Shown here piece after piece: positions 38,193 to 48,600 of a stretch of 64,000 nucleotides of DNA. Made by a program: the position numbers and the translations under genes. Within the stretch, counting starts at the first letter, position 1. The number at the start of each line of letters is the position of its first letter. Source of the DNA: a virus; the IMG/VR virus record IMGVR_UViG_3300021597_000002, positions 14,303 through 78,302 of that record, one strand, 5' to 3'. Below the pieces are notes generated by a model that made no database searches, was not told where the DNA came from, and saw only the letters and a program-made list of their open reading frames with translations.

Positions 38193-38852
38193 ATGATTAT
38201 CTTAGTTTTTGGGCAAAGAGGGGGAGCAATGAAGTCTATTTGTTCCCAAAACTTAGCCGTAGAACTTGCACACCGCCAACATTCAGTTTGTCTGGTTGAT
38301 GCAGACCCGGGTGGCACCACTACAAACTTTGGCGCCTACCGTGAAGAAGAAGGTGTTGAACCTGAAATCTTCTGTGTCCAGAAGAAAGGGAAGATCACTA
38401 AAACCCTGCAGGAGCTGGATACAAAATACGATTATGTGATTGTTGATGTACAGGGAAACATCGAGCCTACACGCACACAAGAAATGCGTAGTGGTTTGTT
38501 AGCAGCTCATATTGCACTTGCTCCTTTCAAACCCACTCAGGACCACAGGGATAGCATTCTAGATGTACAGGATCTGATTGATTCTGCCAAAGATTTCAAT
38601 TCCAAATTAAAAACGTTTTGCATGGTCTCGATTGCCTCGACCCATATTGCGAGAAAGCAAGACATTATTTTCACCAAAGACACTCTGAAAAAGTTCAGCA
38701 CCATGGAAGTTCTCGATACTGTGACATACAACCGAGTGGTGTACAGCGATGCCTACGCTGTTGGTCGAGGCGTAAGAGAAATGAACGATACAAAAGCAAA
38801 GGAAGAAATGAACGCCTTAGTTGAAGAATTACTGGAGAAAGCAAATGGCTGA
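38193..38852 (+). CDS. parA: ParA-family ATPase (short, type Ib)
   Basis: GQRGGAMKS deviant Walker A, LVDADP, YDYVIVD, GRGVRE. Confidence 0.88.
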   Translation: MIILVFGQRGGAMKSICSQNLAVELAHRQHSVCLVDADPGGTTTNFGAYREEEGVEPEIFCVQKKGKITKTLQELDTKYDYVIVDVQGNIEPTRTQEMRSGLLAAHIALAPFKPTQDHRDSILDVQDLIDSAKDFNSKLKTFCMVSIASTHIARKQDIIFTKDTLKKFSTMEVLDTVTYNRVVYSDAYAVGRGVREMNDTKAKEEMNALVEELLEKANG

Positions 38853-39183
38853 TAAACAAAAACGATTTAGAGAACCTATCCGCAAAAACCAAGAAGCTAA
38901 AAAAGATGCCGATGCTTTCATCAATGGTGACGTAAGTTCTCAGTCAAACGAAGAAGTTCAACTGGAATGGCATGAAGCATTAGAGTCTACTGACAAAACA
39001 AAATCGTCAGAAAAGCCAGTGCATATCAACTTGAATGAATATTACCGCGAATGGGGTACTAAATTAGCTGAATTGGACCCTCAATTTGCTAACAGAAAAC
39101 ACCTTTGCCAAGTTTTAATCGCAGAAGGCATGAATAAGCTCATTGAGAAAACTCTTAAAGAGCAAAAGAAAAAAGAAGCATAA
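38845..39183 (+). CDS. Small partition adaptor (putative RHH centromere-binding protein)
   Basis: Overlaps the parA stop; ADAFING motif, then a beta-alpha-alpha-like C-terminus. Confidence 0.65.
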   Translation: MADKQKRFREPIRKNQEAKKDADAFINGDVSSQSNEEVQLEWHEALESTDKTKSSEKPVHINLNEYYREWGTKLAELDPQFANRKHLCQVLIAEGMNKLIEKTLKEQKKKEA

Positions 39184-39210
39184 AAAAGGAGCCGACAGGC
39201 TCCTTTTTTT
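39183..39210. terminator. Bidirectional intrinsic terminator
   Basis: AAAAAAGGAGCC-GACA-GGCTCCTTTTTTT. Confidence 0.85.
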
Positions 39211-39302
39211 AAACTAATAACCATGCTGATAACATAGGAACAAAGTTCCTAAAACATTATTGATTATTTGCTGGCTTCGCCAGCTAAAGGTCTAGCAAGG
39301 CG

Positions 39303-40334
39303 TTAATCGTAAAAGCCTGCGTCCATAGAAGCATTAATGCTAAATGGATCGTTCTTATCGCCTCTCTCGTCTGTTTCTGCTGATTGCTTAACAAACGTTT
39401 TTTTATGCCCTGCTATTGGTAGGTGCTGAGTGCTGATATTGGCGGTATCCATAATCATTTGCATAATGGACTCCATACTCTCTTCACTGTCAGCATTAAT
39501 CAATGCATCAAGAACCTGATCAGTTATCGCAACATGGCTACGCTCTTGTAGTTGTTTAAAGAACTGCTCACGATTTGTCTTTTCAGATTTCAGCGTTTCT
39601 GTTTCTTCAGTGGCACTGTCCAAAAGTTGTTGAAGCTCTTGGGCTTTCTCATCTTGATCTGCAATTACCTGCTGAGCATCAAGCAACATGCCTTTAAAAT
39701 GAGCCGACTCAAACGCCATGGAGGCGTTGAACGAATCCAATACCATTTCTCGCTCATCTTCAGGTACGCCGGCACTGGTTAGATTATCGAGGACCGCTTG
39801 GCGATCAAATTCATCTTCTGCAGATGCAGAATCCAACACATAGCCACGGTTGCCAGCGAATAACGGGTTATGTACATAATCAAAACCATAAAACCCATTA
39901 ATAAGTGTGTTGCCCCCAACTTTGCCACCACCACAAGCCCACGAAAAACCACCAATACGAGAGTTGTGTAACCCAAGAAGCTTACGCCCTTCGTCATTGT
40001 CCAATACCTCTTGGGTGTGAGTTAGGTTGCCATCGTCATCAATAGACAAACCTACAGTCACACAGGCAGGAATAGCGTTAACAACGGTCATTTGTCCATT
40101 AGGCAAGTGAACGGGTAAAGTTTCCCCCAGAGTAAGCTTGCCAGCCATTTCACGAAGACCATGTGAGACATACCCCACCAATTCTCGTAAACGCAAACGC
40201 TCTTCCACTTCAGGCGCTGTCAGCACCGACTTGACGTTATCAAGAATGTACCCACGTTGTTTGCCCGTATACTTTCTACCTGTATCAAAAATATTGAATG
40301 TACAGGTAATACTTTGCAGGATTTTTTTAGACAT
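39303..40334 (-). CDS. pro: P1 Pro-like head processing protease
   Basis: GRKYTG, THTQEVLD, GGFSWACGG, GFDYVHNP; follows the portal gene. Confidence 0.85.
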   Translation of the reverse strand: MSKKILQSITCTFNIFDTGRKYTGKQRGYILDNVKSVLTAPEVEERLRLRELVGYVSHGLREMAGKLTLGETLPVHLPNGQMTVVNAIPACVTVGLSIDDDGNLTHTQEVLDNDEGRKLLGLHNSRIGGFSWACGGGKVGGNTLINGFYGFDYVHNPLFAGNRGYVLDSASAEDEFDRQAVLDNLTSAGVPEDEREMVLDSFNASMAFESAHFKGMLLDAQQVIADQDEKAQELQQLLDSATEETETLKSEKTNREQFFKQLQERSHVAITDQVLDALINADSEESMESIMQMIMDTANISTQHLPIAGHKKTFVKQSAETDERGDKNDPFSINASMDAGFYD

Positions 40335-41991
40335 TTTCCTCTCCCATCAGCTCTGCAATGCAGCTGTAAATCATGGTTTTCAGTTGATTATGGCTATCTG
40401 GATCGGAAACCGAGTCCAGAACCTTGTCGACTTCATCCTGATCACCATCTTTCGCAGCCTCTATCAGTTGCTTAAATGTTTCTTCACTCACACGCAAAAC
40501 ATCAGTAAAGAGCCAGTTTGAAGTCTGTTTAAAGTTGAACTTGTTGAGTTCGGGATCGAGCATCTGCATTAGCGTAACAACTGACGTTGCGAAGTTAATT
40601 CTTGACTCCCTCGCCGTCGCTTCTTCACGTTCTAATACGTTATTTAAGCTGTTAAACTCGATACGCCATGGTTTGTCTGTTTCCGTATAAACCTTGCCCC
40701 ATTTCATCAACACATGGATTTCACAGAGCTTTTCTGCACCAGCCTTGATCGCTCGGCGGATTAGATTAGCCTTGATTGCAGCAACCATAGATTGCGTCCA
40801 CCAGCCACCCTCACCAAGACCACCACTCATATCTTCAGTAAAGCCAACGAGTGATTTATCCACGCCTAGCGCACTACACAGACGATTGACATGGAAGTTT
40901 ACGTCTTCGATATGGCTAATATTGACATCCGACTGCTCGGTTTGAATGTTTACTTGACCTGAACCGTCAGCGGTAACTGGCAGAATATGGTTGTCTATTG
41001 TTGAAATATGCCCACGTTTAGCTGAGCGCTTAGCCGACAGGTTCAACTTTCGCTTTAACGCCCCCAAAATGGTGTTGTAATACTGAGCTGCTAGAGTTGG
41101 GTTTTTCTTACCGGTCTGGATTGTGATGAATCGGTCTCGCTTCGCAGCGTTCTTACGTGCTGAGTTGAGTGACAATATGGCTTCATTTAAATCAACCCAT
41201 GGATCATAAGCTGAGCGTAACAGACTGGAACCGTAGTCCTGTGTTTCGACCGGCTCTTCATTCAGGTAGTCATCATCATTAATATCAAATGCCAATGGGT
41301 TTAAACGCACAGGTTCAATAAGCGTGCTGCCGTGACCATCCCATTTAGGGATTTTAAATTGGATAAATTTCCACGGCTCCATAAGCTCAACAAGCCCTTT
41401 CTTCTCAAGGCTTCGTTGGTATTTTGAAGTGTAGCCACACAATAATCCTGCTCGCTCATAGCAACGGATATGAGCAGGGTGTGTATAGTGGTCAAATCGA
41501 ATGTGAGTGATCCCTTTTTGTGGCTCGATATAGGGACGCACATAACTCAGACCGTATTTAGCGGCTTGAAAAGCTATTGCTTCGGCATTTTCGTTTAACC
41601 AGCGACCGATAGTGTTTCGCAGGTCCTTAACAATTTTGTCTCCCTCCCCTTCTTTGGTAGAGGCAATAAACAAAATTTCTTGAGTGTCGGTTTTGGCAGA
41701 CAGAGCATTGGCAACATGCATCTTTAGGGCGCTGTCGATAGTCGGATCGACTGCCATTTCTTCATATCTCAAATAACCAGCACGACGATTGCGAGGGAAC
41801 GGCTCAATCAGCTTTTCGGTTTCTGACTCAGAGTTAGCTCCCTCTTTGCCTAGTAAATCATCAAGCTTGCCTGCATCCTCATAGTCGAAACCTGATTCTG
41901 CCAGCTCTAAATGACCGCTATGGTCATCGTCTTGCTGACCTTGGAACATTTGTGAGAGTTGTTGCCACCACCTCTTTTTTTTCTCAGCCAT
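40327..41991 (-). CDS. prt: Portal protein (P1 Prt-like)
   Basis: EEMAVDPTIDSAL, ETQDYGSSLL, MSGGLGEGGW. Confidence 0.88.
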   Translation of the reverse strand: MAEKKKRWWQQLSQMFQGQQDDDHSGHLELAESGFDYEDAGKLDDLLGKEGANSESETEKLIEPFPRNRRAGYLRYEEMAVDPTIDSALKMHVANALSAKTDTQEILFIASTKEGEGDKIVKDLRNTIGRWLNENAEAIAFQAAKYGLSYVRPYIEPQKGITHIRFDHYTHPAHIRCYERAGLLCGYTSKYQRSLEKKGLVELMEPWKFIQFKIPKWDGHGSTLIEPVRLNPLAFDINDDDYLNEEPVETQDYGSSLLRSAYDPWVDLNEAILSLNSARKNAAKRDRFITIQTGKKNPTLAAQYYNTILGALKRKLNLSAKRSAKRGHISTIDNHILPVTADGSGQVNIQTEQSDVNISHIEDVNFHVNRLCSALGVDKSLVGFTEDMSGGLGEGGWWTQSMVAAIKANLIRRAIKAGAEKLCEIHVLMKWGKVYTETDKPWRIEFNSLNNVLEREEATARESRINFATSVVTLMQMLDPELNKFNFKQTSNWLFTDVLRVSEETFKQLIEAAKDGDQDEVDKVLDSVSDPDSHNQLKTMIYSCIAELMGEENV

Positions 41992-42136
41992 GATTCTCTC
42001 GCCTGTTAATTAACATCGAGAGAGTAACGAGCAGTGGTTAGAGGTGCATCAACACAGATTTGTTTGAGTGGGACTTGGCGGGTATCTTGTAAGTATTTAA
42101 AGGGTATCGTATTGATACCCTTTATTTCATTGCGCT

Positions 42137-42553
42137 TTAAGCAATAGCATTGGCGACGGCGACTAATTCAAAGTCTTCGTCGATTAGGATGTAGCTGTCT
42201 ATGGCGCCATCTTCAAACTCAATGACATGCGTATCATCTTCTAACGCTCCGATGTCTTGACGTTCGTCATGGTAAGCAAAGCCTGCGAGCAAAAGATAGG
42301 CAGGTTTTTCATAATGAATTTTCTCTAACCATTCAGCATCAATAAAATCAGACGATACCAGCTCTCGCTCAATAAGCATTTGTTTTATACCCCACCAATA
42401 GATGCCATATGCACGGTACCAAAGTGGATTTTTACGCAGCATCTTTGCTACAGCTGAAAGAAAGATTTCCATCCACTGTTCTTCAGTCTGCCCTTCCGTT
42501 GCTTCATCATAAAGAGGCTGAAGTTCTGCTTGTGTTGGGATTTTTATTTTCAT
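42137..42553 (-). CDS. ulx: Ulx-like antirestriction accessory protein
   Basis: LRKNPLWYRAYGIYWWGIKQML; directly downstream of darB as in P1. Confidence 0.8.
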   Translation of the reverse strand: MKIKIPTQAELQPLYDEATEGQTEEQWMEIFLSAVAKMLRKNPLWYRAYGIYWWGIKQMLIERELVSSDFIDAEWLEKIHYEKPAYLLLAGFAYHDERQDIGALEDDTHVIEFEDGAIDSYILIDEDFELVAVANAIA

Positions 42554-42640
42554 GGTCGTAATTCCTTGCCATAGGGTACCTACAATATAGCAGATACCCT
42601 ACAAGTGTTAAATAAGTATTTATCTGATACCTGTTAGGTG

Positions 42641-45600
42641 TTAGGCGATAATCTCAAACACCTCCTTAACATCAACGCTCACAGGGAAATACCACCAGCT
42701 GCCATCCCAATCACCCTCTGCGGTACAGAACTTAGCACCAAAGCGGTTTTTAAGGATATCTTTAGCAGCAAACAGCTTACCGGCTTTACCATTTTCATCT
42801 TTCAAGAAGAAATACTGAAATGCTGACAATGAACGAGCGCGGTATCGACCATTACGAGGAATAGAAACATCTTTGTAGTTATATCGTGCAGTCACACCGA
42901 TATCTTCAAATCCTTTTTTCACTTCCGCTGGTAGCTCTTTAAAGGCTGGGTTCTTTTTTAGCTCTTCAAGTTCAGCGTCGGCAGCCTGACGTTTCGCGGT
43001 TTCTGCCTCATCAAGTAGCTTGTTTTCAAGTCCTGAAATGAACTCTCTCACCCAACGATTAATTTCCATTCGGTTATCCCCAAGTTCTGCGGCTTTATCT
43101 TCTGCAGATTCTTGGAAGTCCTGACGAGCCAGACGATATGCTTGGTGCTTAGCTATTGCTGCTGGCAGTCCTTTTAACGAAGAGGACAATTGAATGCCTT
43201 CTAAGAGCGTTGGTTGATAGTCCATCCAAGCCTTATCACACATTGCTAGGACATCGGCTTGTGAGGCTTTTTGTCCGTATTCCGCAATTTCTTGATCATA
43301 AAAGTCACCAAAGAATGGTTTTACAACTTCTCGCCATGCATACATTGGCTTATCTTCTCTGCGAAGTTTTAAGTAATGCAATGCAATCTCACGCTTCAAA
43401 GCGTTGTCACTGACGTCAGGGTAAACCAACATTTCTGTTGGATGCTGATCTGCGCTGGCGAGAGTAAGCTCTCCATTGACTCGGAATAGGAAGTTACCGT
43501 AACCCTGCAGCTTGATGTCATCACGGTATTTTACAAACTGATCTTTTTTCAGTTTTGATAGCGTGTTGTAGGTATAAGTGATAGATAAAATCTGTTTCAC
43601 CCTTACCTCATCATCTGACAAAGAAACATGCTTTAATCCGTCTGGCATGGAGTCCAAATCCGCTTTCATGAACTCCCCATTGCGGCGCCCCCACCAATAA
43701 TAGGAAACATCCCCAACAGGCACAGAGTAATGCACTGAGCGTGAAGATTGTTCAACCTGTTCAATGCGAAGAATTGCCCCGAAATCCGTTTCAAAATAAG
43801 TGCCAACCGTAAGCACCGAACCGTCACGAGCAACAATGGCATTTTCAGGGTTTTCGATAATCGTACTGTCAAACGGAAGTTCGCCAGCACTCGCTTTTTG
43901 TTTTAGGAACGTCATCCGTTGTGATAGTCGAGATTCAAGCTTGGCTTTATCTTCTTCCCATTTCGCATCATGATCTTGAAGGGATTTGTTAATTCGAGCC
44001 AATGCTTGTTCTGCTTTGCTACTATCTTCTCCTTTTTCTTTAATGCGAGAAAGCGATGCTTGAGCTTTGTCTTTACGCTCAACCAGTCGATTGTAGTCTT
44101 CAGCCTTATCCGCTTCCCAGCTGGCTAACTGACTGCGTAAGCCAATTACTTGAGACAGGTCTACAGCGCATTTCAAATCAGACTTACGCTTACGCTCTGC
44201 TTGTTTTTGGGCTAAGCGTTCCATCCGTTTAGCTTTGGCTGCTTCAGGATCGGCTTCAAACATGTCTAGGTAGTCATCGTTATCTATCGCATTGCCATTG
44301 ACTGCTTCTGATTCTGTTCCGTTGAACAAATCTCGCATCCAACTCTTTTTCTTATTGAGTAGATCAAGGCGGTAGCCATCAAACGAGCCTTTACCAAGGT
44401 AGTAGTACAGGCTTACTTTTGATGCTGTATTCCCTTGTCTTACCCCTCGTCCATTGCGTTGCTGAATAGAGGCAGGTGTCCATGGCAATGTTAGATGGTG
44501 AATTGCACTGGTCCCTTTTTGTAGGTTTACACCAACTTCAGCTTTTTTGTTACAGATAACGATTTTAATATCACCGGCATTGTAAGCATCAGCAATTCGT
44601 TGAAGCTTTGCCCCTGCGGCATCAGAGCCATTGATAATGCCGATCTGCTTTTCATCCAGACCAAGCTGGTTAACGATGATTCGCTTTAACTTATGGTGCT
44701 GAGTTTTTTCCTCGGTAAAGATAATTTGCTTACCTTTAACTTCTAACTCCGCTTTTAAGTTAGCGACCAGCTTCGCATACTTAGGCGTTAATGGATGGCT
44801 TACGTCGGCAGGCTTGATAGCCGCATCATTTAAACGGTCAAGTACAGCCTGTTCGTACACATCAGGAACCACCAGCACAATAGAGTCGGACTCGTCCTTT
44901 CGTTGATAATCCAGCTCAATAGAGACTTTACGTTTAACCTCTTCGCCATCTTCAGTTTGTTCGATGCGCTCTGCTTCGATAGATGCAGGAAGGGCAGCGA
45001 TAAGCTGATCAACCGCTTTGGCTTTTGACGCTGGGAAAGTAAAGGTCATGGCCTGGTTGAACAGATCCATGTCTGTTGTCACCTTATCCATGTCTCGCAT
45101 AACAGCGAATAGAGCGCGAGCATTCGCACTACGCTGGCGAGCCGGCTTGCTGGCTTCTTTTGCTTCTTCACGTAATGACTCATATGCCGATTCTTGATCT
45201 GCGGTCATGTCGACACTTTCATGAGTTTCTGGGGCATCTGGTAGCGCTAAGCTTACGTCTTCTGCGTTACGCATTAAGGTGTAACGGTGGAATAGGTTTC
45301 GTAATCCATCTAAGTTTTGGAAGCCGACTAATCCATCCTTTTGTACGATTTCACCTTTTACCGTCATTTTCTCAACGGTTTCAACCTTGCCGAACACACG
45401 AACAAAATCATCTGCAGTATAAACACCAAACTTTTCAAACTCTTCAACGGGTAATACCAGAGAAAGCATATTGAAAATCTCAAGGGGAGAGTTGGTTACT
45501 GGTGTCGCAGATAAAAGAACAGGTCCACGACCTTCGTTTTGATCACGTAGATATGCCATCTTCATTGCCATGTCGATAGCACGTTGTGATTCAGTCGGGT

Positions 45601-48600
45601 TTGGCAAGTATGCAATATTTGCCGTTTTGTCACCGGCTTTAAAACTGTTCTTAAATGCATGTGCTTCATCAATGATCACTGATTGGAAGCCCATATCTTC
45701 AAAATATGGGTACTCACCTTTCTTGTGACCGCCGTCTTCAAGGAAGCGTTGTTGCAAGGCTTCACGACGAACCGCTTCTTTATAGCTGATCTTGTCTTTG
45801 CCCTTACCAAGACTGAAGTCATCACCAGCGACCGTACTTGCTGCCATCTGGTCCGAAATTAGCGATTTCTCTACCCACTTGTCGGCATACTTATGCTTGT
45901 TGACTGGACGCATTTGAATTTCTTTATACTTTTCAAATGTCATGACAACTAACGATTTTGAGGTCTGGGGAATTTGGTGCATCTTGTCAAAGACTTCTTC
46001 GGCAGATTCTTTGATTAGGATGTCTTGATATTCGACGTCACCTGTATGCTTGTTTTTCTTTGGGTTTCCTTTCTCATCTTTTACGGCTTCACGCTGAATT
46101 TGCCCGTCTTTGTCTAACTTTGGTTTAAATCCGACAAACAGCGCATTATCCAGATTGCCATGAAACATCTTCGCTTCGTGGTACCAGTTCGCTAAAACAG
46201 AGTTAGGCACGACAATTAAGGTTTTATTGGCTCGCCCCATTTGCTTGTTGTAAGCCGCAAGCGCTAAGGCGCTAAATGTCTTACCAAGACCAACATCAAA
46301 CCCAAGAATACCAGAGCCATCTTCTGACAAGCGGCGTACAGCGGAACATTGGTAGCCATGAGGTTTAACCATGGCGCTAACACCTTCTAAACCTAAATCG
46401 GCATCAGAATGTTCAAATGGGATGTAAGAGTTAAACTTCTGGTTGTACAGCTCCGCCAGATCATCAATATCTTTGTGCTGCTGCATCCATAAGCGGAACT
46501 CTTCATCCAAACGCGCAACGCGCTCTTTGTACTCTTCGATATACTCTTGTTTTGAGCTAGTGACGTTGCCGCCATTTAGCCAGCTATTAAGCTGCTTATT
46601 GAAGCCTTGATTGTCTTCATAACCAACAAACTCACCAAATGGAGAGCTGGTATCACGCACTTTCACGTTTTCAACAAAACTGCCGCCAGTGTCATCGTCC
46701 GTCGCAACCTGCTTTTTATCGACGAGGTAATCTAAGTTTGAGTACCCTTTCTCATGCATAAATTCCAACACATACTGGCGGTCAATCCACTTGTGGCGCA
46801 TTGAAAATGCGATATTTTCCGGCTGCGTTTTGTATCGGCGCTGCTCTATTTCTTCCAGTTGCTGCTGGTACTTGGCTTTAAGCTTTGGATCGGTTTCGAC
46901 ATTGAGTGCATGACTAAGAGTAAGCACTTTTTGGTAAACATCGCCGGAGCAAAAGCGGCTCATTGGCATAACCAGACCATCGGGGTGAATAGCGAGGTTT
47001 TTATCATCTGCCAAGTCAGACAATGATTGAATTGGGGTCTTGCCTTTATAGAGTTGCTGAATGTCTTCTAGCGTAATGTGCATCATGCCTTCACGTAGAT
47101 ACAGATGTTCCACAATTGCATGTGGATTTGTATCATCAAACGCCAGACCTTTTGTGCTGACTTCACCAGTTAATAAGGTTGAATAATCACCATTTTCGTC
47201 CATAGCATTAGAAAAAACGCCAAAATAGCGAGAGCGTTCACCTGCTAGAATCAGCCCCTTGTTCTGTTTAGGGTGTCCATACTTGTTGATTTCGTTTGCC
47301 ACCAGCTCTTGCAAACGCATTTGTTCAGTGGCATTCCAATTACCCTGATTAGTATCATTTTGGAAGCGAGCTAGATCAGCACCGATTAATGAACCTCGGA
47401 AGATTTGCTCTCGATACTCATCGCTTGGTTGCGTCATGGCAAATTCAATAGCTTGCTTTTGAGGCTTAGAAAACAAATGTCCCCATGCTTTCATTGCAGC
47501 AAATGCCTGCTTCACTGAGAGCGACATTAAACCATGATTACTTTCAAGTAGCCCCTGAAGTGCCTCCAAAGACGCCACACCGTATTTACTTTCATCAATA
47601 TCAGTGGTCGTTTGTAATGCATCAACAGGCTCCCAGTTGCCACGAGTGAACTCATACGTGCGCTCATCAATAACACGGCGATCACCTTCCACGTAGTTCT
47701 TAATGGCTGGCTCAGCTGTATCTAGGGCTTCCCAGTCAATGCGAGAATGGAATTTTGCCGCCAGCTTACGCTTGAGGGCGACATCTGTAACACTCGCATC
47801 ACGGATCACTTTGTCGTCGTCACGTACTTTACTGGCATCTTTTGGAACAAATTTCCCATGAATAAAAGGTTTACCGTCACGCTCCCACCACTTACCTTCT
47901 AAGAAAGTGTCCCATAGTACATTTGCCGCTTGTAACTGCTCCATTGGTAGTTGAGCGATTTTCTCTGCGGCATTCTTGGAGTGTTTACGTAAGACGATAA
48001 TATCTGTAACAACACCGGTACCTTGTTTGCCAAATGTTTTGCTTGGGAGCTTGTGAGCACCAAGGAACTCAGCTTTTTTGCTGATCTTGGCTCGCCATTT
48101 TTGCCATGCTTTTCCACGTTCGCGCACAATATTCACAGGCACAACGAGAACAAGTAATCCACTAGGCTTTACTTTGTCGATAAGGCGGTTAATAAAGTAA
48201 CGCTCAATGAGCTTTTCACTTTTATGATCAGGGTCATCGTGAGCAGACGCACCACGGGCACTGCCAAAAGGTATGTTGCCAATTACAGAATCAAAGTGGT
48301 TGTCAGGTGATTCAACCGCCATCTTTTCAAACGATTGATTGAAAACATTATCTTCAGGGTGAAGAATTTTATTCACGGCAGAACTGATCGGATCGATTTC
48401 CGTTGCTGTCATTTTAACGCCTTGATGCTTAGTGGCATTAAATACACCAGCGCCGGCAGATGGCTCTAACACGTTGCCGTTATCAAACCCATTCGCACTC
48501 AACAGCTCCCAGCACCCTTCTGCAATGTAGGTCGGAGTGTAATATTCGTATTGGCTATTTTCACTCAGACCGCCACGCCCTGAGTACTGAACAAGCAGAT

